From: Chloroflexota bacterium
Lineage (GTDB): Bacteria; Chloroflexota; UBA11872
NCBI GenBank assembly: GCA_028875175.1
Contig: JAPPFO010000237.1
Location: forward strand, 1-37,471
Length of the DNA stretch: 37,471 nt
Direction: 5' to 3'
Below, piece by piece: positions 16,878-26,009 of this stretch (within the stretch, counting starts at the first letter, position 1; each line of letters begins with the position of its first letter). Under the pieces are notes generated by a model. The model saw only the letters and a list, made by a program, of their open reading frames with translations. It did no database searches and had not been told where the DNA came from. A program made the translations under genes and the position numbers.

Positions 16878-18483
16878 GGCCTCCAAGTGGAGACGCGCGG
16901 GCCGCGGGTTGGTTCTGGCCGCGGCGCTGGCGCTGGGGTTCACGGTATTCGGCGGGGGCGATGCGGGACCCACGGAGCCTGCGGCGTCAGGCACGCTGCG
17001 GCTCGCGGCCAACGAGCCGCTGACCCTTGATCCGGTTCACGTGCGCGACACGGGCTCAGCCGAGTATGTGCAGGAGATCTTCGCCGGTCTCACGCGCATT
17101 GCGCCCGATTTGTCGGTCGAACCCGACCTGGCTTCGGGCTGGACCGTCAGCAGCGACGGCCTGACGTACACCTTCACCATTCGCCAGCAGGCGAGGTTTC
17201 ACGACGGTACCCCGTTGACCGCAACGGACGTCGTTTGGTCGTGGCGACGCGCCCTGGACCCGGACACCGGTTCGCTCTCGGGCCCCGTGTTCCTGGAAGA
17301 CATTGAGGGCGCGGCGGAGTACGCGGCGGGTGAGGCGGAGTCGGTCTCGGGGCTGCGGGTGCGCGGCACGCGGACGCTTGAGGTCGCGCTGACCACACCG
17401 CTGTCCTTCTTCCCGAGCAAGCTCAGCGCCGGCCCCACACTGGTTGTGGACCAACGCACCGTCGCGGCGGCCGGCGAGTGGTGGCGCTCGCCCAACGGTT
17501 CGGGGCCTTACCAACTCCTCGACTGGCGCCCGGAATCGCTGATCAGGCTGGGCCGGGCGGATACGGTGCCCTGGCGGGCGGGTGGACCGGCGGTCGTTGA
17601 GTTCCATCAGCTTGACGTCGGCGAGAATCTCTTGCTGTATGAGAACGACGAGCTTGACCTGATCTCAATCGGGGCGTCCGATCTGAACCGGTTTCGCGAC
17701 CCGAATGAACCGCGCAGCAGCCAATTGATCAGCACGCCCGACCTGGCGTTCCAATACCTTGGCTTCAACACGACGCTGGCGCCGTTCGACGACGTGCACG
17801 TGCGGCGAGCCCTGGCCCTGGCCACCGACCGGTCGTTCATCAATGAGGTCGTGCTGGCCGGAACACAGCGAGAGGCCAGGGGCGTCATTCCGCCGGGCTT
17901 GCCAGGTCACCGGGCGGACTTCGAAGGCCTGGCATTTGACCTGGACGCGGCGCAGGCTGAACTTGAGAAGTCGAGCTACGGCGGCGCCGACGCCCTGCCG
18001 CCCATCACCGTGGTAGCGCCGGGCGACGGCCTGTCAGGGAGTCCATTCGTGGAGCTCATCGTCGATCCGTGGCGTACCGAACTTGGCGTGGACGTGGTGA
18101 TCGAGGTGCGCTCTTTCGACGATCTCCTCACCTCGCTGGATGATCCGGACCACGATATCCAGGCGTTTTTCCTTGGGTGGTCGGCCGACTTCCCCGACGC
18201 CTTCAACTTCACCGGCGAGCTGTTCGGTTCCAACCGACCGGACAACTCGTGGCGCTATTCGGATGATGTCGTCGACAACCTCATTCAGCAGGCTCGGTCG
18301 GCCGCTACCGACGACGAGCGGCTGGCGCGCTATGGGGAGATTGAAAATCGAGTCATCGAGCAGGGGGTGCTCATTCCCCTGCTGTTCTTTGTATCGCACG
18401 AGCTGGTGCAGCCCTGGGTGGAAGGCTATGCCGGCCGCCCGATGACGCGAGAGTGGCTCACCGAGCTGACGATCGCCGGTTGA
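16870..18483 (+). CDS. Peptide ABC transporter substrate-binding protein (family 5, OppA-like)
   Basis: TLDP, DLASGWTVSSDGLTYTFTIR, FHDGTPLTATDV, GSGPYQL, PFDDVHVRRAL and GWSADFPD motifs. Confidence 0.92.
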   Translation: MPEASKWRRAGRGLVLAAALALGFTVFGGGDAGPTEPAASGTLRLAANEPLTLDPVHVRDTGSAEYVQEIFAGLTRIAPDLSVEPDLASGWTVSSDGLTYTFTIRQQARFHDGTPLTATDVVWSWRRALDPDTGSLSGPVFLEDIEGAAEYAAGEAESVSGLRVRGTRTLEVALTTPLSFFPSKLSAGPTLVVDQRTVAAAGEWWRSPNGSGPYQLLDWRPESLIRLGRADTVPWRAGGPAVVEFHQLDVGENLLLYENDELDLISIGASDLNRFRDPNEPRSSQLISTPDLAFQYLGFNTTLAPFDDVHVRRALALATDRSFINEVVLAGTQREARGVIPPGLPGHRADFEGLAFDLDAAQAELEKSSYGGADALPPITVVAPGDGLSGSPFVELIVDPWRTELGVDVVIEVRSFDDLLTSLDDPDHDIQAFFLGWSADFPDAFNFTGELFGSNRPDNSWRYSDDVVDNLIQQARSAATDDERLARYGEIENRVIEQGVLIPLLFFVSHELVQPWVEGYAGRPMTREWLTELTIAG

Positions 18484-18487
18484 ACCC

Positions 18488-20089
18488 ATGCCGCTGAACC
18501 GTCGGCGGTTTGTTGGCCTGGCCGGTAGCGGCGTTGCGCTTGCGGCCCTGGCGGCGTGCGAAGGACCGCTAACGCTCGAAGGCGACGACCAAGGCCAGCG
18601 CCTCGAACTGCTGCTGGACGAGCCCGCCACCATCGATCCGGCGCTGGTCGCGCAGCCGCAGGAGGCGACGGTTGCGGAGGCTCTGTTCGAGCCGCTCGTC
18701 CGCGTCGGCGAAGGCGGAGTGGCCCAACCAGCCGCCGCCGAATCGTGGCAGATCACGGACGCCGGGCATGCCTACCAGTTCAATCTTGCGGCCAGCGGCC
18801 GATGGACGTCGGGTGAGGCGGTCTCGTCCGACGATTTTGTCTGGTCCTGGCGGCGCAACCTGGCGCCGGAACTGGGCGCCACGTTTAACTACCTCCTGTT
18901 CCCGATCACGGGGGCGGAGAGCTATGCCGCTGGCGGCCGCAATCGCGACGAGCCGGAGATAGGCGCGCCGGACACGTCGACCCTGCGGGTGCACCTGAGA
19001 AGCTCCACGCCCGGATTCCTGGCGCGCGTGGCGACCTCGACGTTCGTTCCGCTGCCACGGGCGGAAATCGAGGGCACGGGGGCCTCTTGGACCGACCCGA
19101 TCCGGATTCGCAGCAACGGGCCGTACAAGCTGGCGCAGTGGGACCGCGGCTTGGGCATGACGCTGCATCGCAATACGGAATACGGCGGTTCGGCGCCGCC
19201 GGTGTTCAGCGACGTCGTGATTCGATTCCCGCGCTCCGCCGACTCGCGGCTACAGGACTTTCATGCAAGTCCGGCGCACGCCGCCAGCGTGAGCGGAGCG
19301 GACTACAGGTCGGCGATGGCCAACGCGGACCTGCGGCCGCAGGTGCGGCTGTTCGAGCGCGCGGGAACGTGGTTCATCGTGTTCAACACGCGCAAGGCGC
19401 CCTGGGACGCGGCAGCCGTGCGGCGCGCGCTATCGCTGGCGCTCGACCGCGAGGCGTTGACCGCGGCCGTGTTCGACCAGCCCACGCTGCCGGCGCAGCG
19501 GCTGACACCCGGGAGCATCCTGGCGGCCGAGCCGGGCGGCGCGCCGAACGTCGACGAGGCGCGGGCCCTGCTGGCGAGCGCCGGGTTTCCCAACGGTGAA
19601 GGTCTCCCGCCCCTGCGTTTCACCTACCACCGCACGGACCAGTGGGATCGGCTGGCCGCCGAACTGACCCGAATATGGGACGACACGCTGGGCGTGGTGG
19701 TGCAGCCGGACGTGCGCGAGTGGCGCGACTTTCTGGACTTCTCGAACGCGCCCGGCGACTTTGACGCCTATCGCGCCGGCTGGACTTCGGAATACCGCCA
19801 CCCCGCCAACTGGCTGGATGACCTGTGGCGTTCCGACATGGACTTCTTCCGCACGGGCTGGGCCAACAGCGCGTTTGACCAACACCTGGCCACGGCAGCC
19901 GCGACAACGGACCAGGAGGCCCAGCGGGAGGCCTACGCGGCCGCCGACGCCGTGCTGGAATCCGAGGCGCCGGCAATCGCCATAGGCAGCCACGCCTCAG
20001 CCTTCCTGCTGAAGCCTGACGTGACGGGGTTTGGAATCGACCCGGTGAGCGGCGCGATCGACCTGGCGCAGGTTTCACTCAACGCCTAG
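18488..20089 (+). CDS. Peptide ABC transporter substrate-binding lipoprotein with Tat signal
   Basis: NRRRFV twin-arginine motif, lipobox LAAC, SNGPYKL, VRRALSLALDRE and RAGWTSEY. Confidence 0.92.
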   Translation: MPLNRRRFVGLAGSGVALAALAACEGPLTLEGDDQGQRLELLLDEPATIDPALVAQPQEATVAEALFEPLVRVGEGGVAQPAAAESWQITDAGHAYQFNLAASGRWTSGEAVSSDDFVWSWRRNLAPELGATFNYLLFPITGAESYAAGGRNRDEPEIGAPDTSTLRVHLRSSTPGFLARVATSTFVPLPRAEIEGTGASWTDPIRIRSNGPYKLAQWDRGLGMTLHRNTEYGGSAPPVFSDVVIRFPRSADSRLQDFHASPAHAASVSGADYRSAMANADLRPQVRLFERAGTWFIVFNTRKAPWDAAAVRRALSLALDREALTAAVFDQPTLPAQRLTPGSILAAEPGGAPNVDEARALLASAGFPNGEGLPPLRFTYHRTDQWDRLAAELTRIWDDTLGVVVQPDVREWRDFLDFSNAPGDFDAYRAGWTSEYRHPANWLDDLWRSDMDFFRTGWANSAFDQHLATAAATTDQEAQREAYAAADAVLESEAPAIAIGSHASAFLLKPDVTGFGIDPVSGAIDLAQVSLNA

Positions 20090-20113
20090 GCGATCGCGTC
20101 CGCGGCACGCGGC

Positions 20114-20956
20114 TCAGCGCTCGATCGGCTGTCCGATCATCGAGCCCCACTCCGTCCAGGAGCCGTCGTAGTTGCGGACGTTGCCGACGCCCAGCAACTC
20201 GTGCAGCGCGAACCAGGTGTGGGCGGAGCGCTCGCCGATGCGGCAGTAGGTGATGACGGGTGCATCGCCCGTAGCGCCGAGCGGACCATAAATCTCCAGC
20301 AACTCGTCGGCCGACTTGAATGTTCCATCGGCCTCGTTGACGGCGGTTAGCCAGGGCACGTTGTCGGCGCCGGGAATGTGGCCGCCGCGCTGTGACAGTT
20401 CCTGGAGGCCCGGCGGAGCCAGGATCTCGCCGGTGAACTCAGCGGGCGAACGCACGTCCACCAGCACGGTGGAGCCGTCGTCAAGCGCGGCGCGGACATC
20501 CGGCTGCAAGACACGCAACGACGGGTCGGCCTCACCGGCCTCGTAGGTGGTGGACTCGACGACGGTCTCGTCGGTGGTCAACTCGCGGCCTTCCTGCTCC
20601 CACTTGAGCCGGCCGCCGTTCATCAGGCTCACGCGCTCGTGGCCGCCCATCTTGAACTGCCAGTAGGCGAAGGCGGCGAACCAGTTGTTGTTGTCGCCGT
20701 ACAGAATGACGTGGGTGTCGGCGGCGATGCCGGAGCTTTCGAGCAGCTCCTTCCACTGTTCCGGCGAGGCAATGTCGCGCCGGATGCCGTCGGAAAGCTG
20801 GGTCTCCCAATTCCAACCCACGGCGCCGGGAATGTGCCCGGAGTCGTACGAGGACGTGTCGACATCCACCTCGACCAGTCGGACGTCATCGTCGCCGCCA
20901 TGGGCAGCGACCCAGTCGGTGTCGACGAGGGTGTCTGGATTCACATATTCGGCCAT
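20114..20956 (-). CDS. Tandem-domain rhodanese / thiosulfate sulfurtransferase (CysA/TtuD-like)
   Basis: GHIPGA twice, YGDNNNWFAA, active site YCRIGERS and NYDGSWTEW. Confidence 0.95.
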   Translation of the reverse strand: MAEYVNPDTLVDTDWVAAHGGDDDVRLVEVDVDTSSYDSGHIPGAVGWNWETQLSDGIRRDIASPEQWKELLESSGIAADTHVILYGDNNNWFAAFAYWQFKMGGHERVSLMNGGRLKWEQEGRELTTDETVVESTTYEAGEADPSLRVLQPDVRAALDDGSTVLVDVRSPAEFTGEILAPPGLQELSQRGGHIPGADNVPWLTAVNEADGTFKSADELLEIYGPLGATGDAPVITYCRIGERSAHTWFALHELLGVGNVRNYDGSWTEWGSMIGQPIER

Positions 20957-21096
20957 TGAGGCTACCTACCTGGGATTGCTGACTCGCCCGCGCGGATGCG
21001 GGGCCAATTCTTGCACGAAATCGAATCCGTATTACATTCGCGTTCGCGCGAGTGGGCTACAGTGCCCGCCGCCACCTCCACGGTCAATGTCGCCCC

Positions 21097-22674
21097 ATGC
21101 CCTCTAGCGCCCGTCGCCAGCGCAGCATTCGGGGCGCGCTGCTGGCGCTGGCGCTCCTGGGCGGGGTGTTTCTTGCCCCAGCCCGGTTTGCGCAGGCGGA
21201 ATCGCCGGCGGATTGGGCTAGCGCCCAGGGCTGGTTCTATACGCAGGCCGGACCGGGCGACGGTCTCGGTTTCGAAGTGACGGATGCGGACGACATCCCG
21301 TTCTGGACGTTCTTTCAGTCCGCCGGTGGGGTTCGGCAGCTTGGCTACCCACTTTCCAATCGCTGGTCGGAGGGTCCGCTGACCTTCCAGGCGTTTCAGA
21401 AGGCCGTTCTTCAATGGACGCTGGCCGACGGGGTGACGTTGCTGAACGTCTATGACCAACTCAGCCAGGCCGGGCGGGACCCCTGGTTGAGAACCGCGCG
21501 CGGCATTCCGGTTCCGCCGGACGCAGGGGAAGCGGACGGGCGTGCGTTTGACGAAGTCTTAGCGGAACGCCTGGAGATGCTGAAGCGTTATCCGGAGATC
21601 GAGCGCCGCTGGTTTCGCAATGACCGCTGGCTGGATGCCTATGGCCTGCCGGTGGTCGTCGAAGACCGGGGCGACCTTGTGGTACTGCGGGCGCAGCGCG
21701 CGGTGTTCCGGCTGTGGCGCCCTGACTCCGAAGCGGCGGTCAGCCCGCCCAATGTCCTCATTGCTCACAGCGGATTGGACTACCGGGACGGCGGCCTGAT
21801 TCCGGCCGAGGCGACGGCCGCAATCCCCGATCCGAACCTGGCCGGAACGACGGGGCTGCTGGCGTTCCTGAGCAACCGCAGCGGGGCGTGGAATCTTTGG
21901 TCGATGACCCCAACGGGAACCGAGCTCACGCAGCTCACGCAGTCGGGAGGCCTGACCAGCCGCCCGAACTGGTCGCCCGACGGTCGGCGGATTGCGTACG
22001 CCGCGTTTGCGAGCGGGGGGTACCAGGTCTTTGTGGCGGACAGCGACGGTGGGAACCCACAGCAACTGACGAACACCACCGCCACGGACTGGGAGGCCTG
22101 GTGGTCGCCGGATGGCGAGCGCCTGGTGTTTGCCAGCACACGCAGCGGCGAGAGTGAGATTTACACCATGTTCGCGGACGGCTCCGACCAGCGGATTATT
22201 GGGGATCAAGCCGGGTTTCTCTGCTACCCCGCATGGTCGCCAGACGGCACGCAACTGATCTTTGCCAGCGGCTCCGACATCGTGACGGTGGACCTTGCCA
22301 ATCCTTTGCGGACGCGCTCGGTGATCAGCAGCGGGCGCGATCCTTCGTTTTCCCCGGACGGCACGCTGATTACCTTTGCGCGCTGGGTGGGCGACGCGTT
22401 TGATGTGTTTGTGGCGGACGCGGACGGGTCGAACGAGATACGGCTGACCACGCACCCGGCGCCTGACTGGAATCCGGTGTTTTCGCCGGACGGCGCGAAA
22501 ATCGCCTTTGCGAGCTACCGGGACGCCAACTGGGAGATCTATACCGTTCGGGTCGACGGGACGGACCTGCAGCGGATTACGAACAACCCGGCGTCGGACT
22601 ACCTGCCGGCCTGGGGAAGTGCCCTAGACGCCACCCTGCAAACGCGAGCGGGCAGCGGCAGCCGCCCCAAGTAG
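21097..22674 (+). CDS. Secreted protein with Chloroflexi-type N-terminal surface repeats and a TolB-like PD40 beta-propeller
   Basis: Signal peptide ending AQA; five W/FSPDG repeats; GGVRQLGYPLS...QAFQKAVLQW repeat; TACAGT -10 box at 21058. Confidence 0.88.
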   Translation: MPSSARRQRSIRGALLALALLGGVFLAPARFAQAESPADWASAQGWFYTQAGPGDGLGFEVTDADDIPFWTFFQSAGGVRQLGYPLSNRWSEGPLTFQAFQKAVLQWTLADGVTLLNVYDQLSQAGRDPWLRTARGIPVPPDAGEADGRAFDEVLAERLEMLKRYPEIERRWFRNDRWLDAYGLPVVVEDRGDLVVLRAQRAVFRLWRPDSEAAVSPPNVLIAHSGLDYRDGGLIPAEATAAIPDPNLAGTTGLLAFLSNRSGAWNLWSMTPTGTELTQLTQSGGLTSRPNWSPDGRRIAYAAFASGGYQVFVADSDGGNPQQLTNTTATDWEAWWSPDGERLVFASTRSGESEIYTMFADGSDQRIIGDQAGFLCYPAWSPDGTQLIFASGSDIVTVDLANPLRTRSVISSGRDPSFSPDGTLITFARWVGDAFDVFVADADGSNEIRLTTHPAPDWNPVFSPDGAKIAFASYRDANWEIYTVRVDGTDLQRITNNPASDYLPAWGSALDATLQTRAGSGSRPK

Positions 22675-23592
22675 ACCCACGTTTTCGCCCAGCGACCAGG
22701 GTTCGAGCCGCAGGTTGGGCGCGGTGCTCTCCAGGAGATGCTGGCGGACCGTAGCCCGGAGCGGATCGAACAGGAGGTCGCCGGCGTTGGCGATTCCGCC
22801 GCCGATGACCACCGTGTCCAGGTTGACGAGGTGGGCGACGTTGACGATGCCAAAGCCGACGGCGCGTCCGGCGCGGGCCAGGGCCTCGGTCGCCAATTCG
22901 TCGCCTCGTTGCGCGGCCTCAACGACGTCGCGGCCGGAAGGGTCGGTCTGTCCGCCGAGACTGCTGGAGCGGCCTTCGGCGATTCGGTCTGCGACCCAGG
23001 CGGCAATGTCAGGACCGGCGGCGAGGGCCTCGATGCACCCGCGATTGCCGCAATCACAGAGCGGACCGTCAAAGTCGACCGTCATGTGGCCGAACTCGCC
23101 GGCGCTGCCGTAGGCGCCGTGCCAGAGCTCACCGTCCAATATCAGGCCGCCGCCCACGCCAGTACTGACGGTGATATAGAGCATGTTCCGGGAGCCCTGG
23201 GCGACTCCGTACTGGTTCTCGGCCAGCGCGGCGGCGTTGGCGTCGTTCTCGAGGAACGCCGGAAGGCCAACGGCATCGCCGATTCGCGCCGCCAGCGGGA
23301 CTTCCTTCCAGCCCGGCAGGTTGGGCGCCTCGTGAATGACGCCGGTGGCCCAGTCGAGCGGCCCCGGGGCGCCGATTCCGACGGCTGCGAGCTCCGAGAC
23401 GTCAACGGACGCCCGCGCCAGCGAGTCATGCAGCACGCCAACGATGCGGTCGATTACCGCGTCCGGCCCCTGAGACGCCTCCGTGGCACCGGCCACGAAG
23501 CCCGCAATGCCGCCGTTCCCGTCAACGACGGCCGCGCGCACGCTGGTCCCGCCAAGATCGATTGCGCCGACCGGCCTGGACACATCAGGCAT
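22624..23592 (-). CDS. ROK family sugar kinase (glucokinase-like)
   Basis: IDLGGT, GAPGP, LENDANAAALAE, STGVGGG, GEFGH and CDCGNRGCIE zinc motif; no HTH; start ATG 23592. Confidence 0.92.
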   Translation of the reverse strand: MPDVSRPVGAIDLGGTSVRAAVVDGNGGIAGFVAGATEASQGPDAVIDRIVGVLHDSLARASVDVSELAAVGIGAPGPLDWATGVIHEAPNLPGWKEVPLAARIGDAVGLPAFLENDANAAALAENQYGVAQGSRNMLYITVSTGVGGGLILDGELWHGAYGSAGEFGHMTVDFDGPLCDCGNRGCIEALAAGPDIAAWVADRIAEGRSSSLGGQTDPSGRDVVEAAQRGDELATEALARAGRAVGFGIVNVAHLVNLDTVVIGGGIANAGDLLFDPLRATVRQHLLESTAPNLRLEPWSLGENVGLLGAAAAARSRLQGGV

Positions 23593-24775
23593 CGATCGAG
23601 CCCTTGACCGGCGGCGCCGCGAGACTGTCCGGCTCGCGTGCGCTTCTACGTCGCAGCGCCTGGACGATTTCGAACAGCACCATGGCCGCGAAGATGAAGA
23701 CCGGCGCCAGCAGCATGCCACCTCGGGGGCCGGCGGCGTCCGACGCGGTTCCGATCATGGGCGCGAGCAGCGCGCCGCCAACGCTGGCCATGGCCGCGAG
23801 GCCCCCGGCAAGGGATCCGGCCATTTCCGGCCGAAGACGCAGGCCGATTCCCAGTGCAGTTGGAAAGACGCCCCCGACCGTTGCGCCCGTCAGGACGAAG
23901 CCCAGCACAGCCAGCGGCGCGGAATTCGCCAGCGCCGCCAATCCCGACATGCCGAATGCGAGCGCGAGCGACCAGCGAACGATGCTCGACGCACGCCAGG
24001 TGCCCACGAGACGGGCCACGACCAATCGCCCGAGCAAGACTCCAATCCAGAACGTCGTCACGGAAGCGGCCGCGGCAGCTCGCGGGATTCCCTGCACGCG
24101 TTCCATGAACGCCGCACCGAAGTCACCGAACGCGATTTCGACCCCGACGTACAGCATCAGGACCAGTCCAAGCAGAATCGACACCGGCGAGCCAAGCGCT
24201 CTGACTACGCCGCGAACGGGGGGAACGGCGCCAGTACGCGGCGGGTAGGACAAGCGCATGAACATGAGGCCGCTGGTGGCAAACCAGACGGCCACGACCA
24301 CGTAGGCCACTCGCCAGCTGGCAAACGCCGCAAGGCAGATTGCCACGAGTGGCGGCGCCACGATGGCCCCGAGGGCGAACGCGGTGTTGAACAGGTTGAG
24401 GTCGCGCGTGCTGCGCTCGCGGGCCAGGTCGGCGACGAGCGCTGTTGCGGCCGCCAGGCCCGGACCGAACCCGGCGCCAATCAGAAACCCCGCCGCCAGC
24501 AGGGAGCCGAACGTGGGGCTGGCGGCAAACCAGAACATGGCCAGGGCCGTTCCAAGCGCCGACGGGACCATCACCGCTCGGCGACCAAAGCGGTCAGACA
24601 CCGCACCGCCAGCCAGCGACCCGGCAATGAAGCCGACGGAGATAACGGTTATGACCACGCTGATCTGGCTATACGTGATGCCGAAGTCTTCGCTGATCGA
24701 TTCGAGTGACGGGCCAAAAACGCTGATGGCTGCGCCGCCGGCGGCGTAGAACCACATGCTGGCCGCGAGGATCAT
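23585..24775 (-). CDS. MFS transporter (FucP/TsgA-like)
   Basis: GAVSDRFGRR motif A, about 12 hydrophobic helices and LYVGVE; start probably ATG 24775. Confidence 0.88.
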   Translation of the reverse strand: MILAASMWFYAAGGAAISVFGPSLESISEDFGITYSQISVVITVISVGFIAGSLAGGAVSDRFGRRAVMVPSALGTALAMFWFAASPTFGSLLAAGFLIGAGFGPGLAAATALVADLARERSTRDLNLFNTAFALGAIVAPPLVAICLAAFASWRVAYVVVAVWFATSGLMFMRLSYPPRTGAVPPVRGVVRALGSPVSILLGLVLMLYVGVEIAFGDFGAAFMERVQGIPRAAAAASVTTFWIGVLLGRLVVARLVGTWRASSIVRWSLALAFGMSGLAALANSAPLAVLGFVLTGATVGGVFPTALGIGLRLRPEMAGSLAGGLAAMASVGGALLAPMIGTASDAAGPRGGMLLAPVFIFAAMVLFEIVQALRRRSAREPDSLAAPPVKGSIDA

Positions 24776-24809
24776 GGTGCGTGCCCGACCGCCGACGATC
24801 TGGTGGCCG

Positions 24810-25976
24810 TCAACTTCGTAACTCGGCCGTGTGCAGCCGGCGCGCCAGCAGCAATAGGAGAAAGGCAATGCCAAGCGTGACCGGCATAAGAGCCACCGCC
24901 GCACGCACAGACTGCGCGTCCGCAACGGCGCCTGCCGCCAGCGAGAGACCGGCGAACCCCGCGCCCCCCATGGCGAGCATGAAGCCGGCGATCATGCCGG
25001 CCGCCGACGGTCGGTAACGCACCCCAATCCCGACCACCGTGGTAAAGACCGGTCCGGCCGCCAATCCGGCGAGCACGGCGGCGGCGAGGATTGCCAGGGG
25101 CTGGGAAACTCCGGCAACGATGGCCGCGAAGAGAAGCGAAAGACCCAGACTTCCAAGAGCCAGGTTGTAGGGCTGCACTCGCAGCGCCAGCCATGCGCCA
25201 ATGATCCGCCCGAGCGATATGCCGAACCAGAAGGCTGCGACCAGGGTGGCCGCGGCCGGGCGCGAGAATCCATGGTCGGCCTCCAGGTACGCGGCCAGGA
25301 ACCCGCCGAGGCCGAGTTGCATGCTGAAGTAGCCGACGACGACACAGCCGAGCAGGATCGGCACGGGACGCAGGACGGCGGAGACCAGGGCGCCACCTTT
25401 GGCGCGAAGCTCGGAAGCGGCCGGAATGCGTGCCGACAGCAGCATGATCGACGTCAGCATGACCAACAGCGCCGCGGTGAGATAGCCGCCGCGCCAGCCG
25501 ATCGGCGTTTGCAGCAGTGCGCCGACCAGCGGCGGCGCCGTAAGCGCGCCCAAGCCAAAGGGCATCTGCGAGATCGTCATGGCGCGGCCGGTTGCGTCGC
25601 CCGCAACGTCTGAGATGGTGGCCATGAGCGGGGCCTCCGTCAGCCCAAATCCAAAGCCGTTCAGGCAGGCGCCAAGCAGCAACACTTCCAGCGCCGGCGA
25701 GAAGCCGGACGTCAGCAACCCGATTGCAAAGAGGGTCACGCCGGTGGTAAGCGTGAAGCGACGGCCGAGCCGATCCGCCACCAACCCGCCGACAATCGTG
25801 CCGGTTGCGTACGAAGTCGCGGGAACGATCAACGTCAGGACCACCAGCACATAGGAGAGGTTGAGGTCGGCGCGCACCGCCTCGAGCGATGGACCTGGAA
25901 TCGCCAGCACGAGGCCGACGGTGAAATAGAACGGCATGGAGCGTGGGACGACCGAGCGCCGCCCGCCGATGGTCAT
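24810..25976 (-). CDS. MFS transporter (FucP/TsgA-like)
   Basis: GLVADRLGRR motif A, FGLGALTAP and about 12 hydrophobic helices. Confidence 0.9.
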   Translation of the reverse strand: MTIGGRRSVVPRSMPFYFTVGLVLAIPGPSLEAVRADLNLSYVLVVLTLIVPATSYATGTIVGGLVADRLGRRFTLTTGVTLFAIGLLTSGFSPALEVLLLGACLNGFGFGLTEAPLMATISDVAGDATGRAMTISQMPFGLGALTAPPLVGALLQTPIGWRGGYLTAALLVMLTSIMLLSARIPAASELRAKGGALVSAVLRPVPILLGCVVVGYFSMQLGLGGFLAAYLEADHGFSRPAAATLVAAFWFGISLGRIIGAWLALRVQPYNLALGSLGLSLLFAAIVAGVSQPLAILAAAVLAGLAAGPVFTTVVGIGVRYRPSAAGMIAGFMLAMGGAGFAGLSLAAGAVADAQSVRAAVALMPVTLGIAFLLLLLARRLHTAELRS

Positions 25977-26009
25977 GCGCGAGCCAGGCGCCAGTCTTTC
26001 CGCGGGCGG

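Noticed and set aside
20957-21096. SAM or other sulfur riboswitch upstream of the rhodanese
   Set aside because: No SAM-I/II/IV consensus seen; the AT-richer patch is adequately explained by divergent promoters.
21097-22674. True tolB of a Tol-Pal system
   Set aside because: No TolB N-terminal domain and no pal or tolQRA neighbours; only the PD40 propeller is shared.
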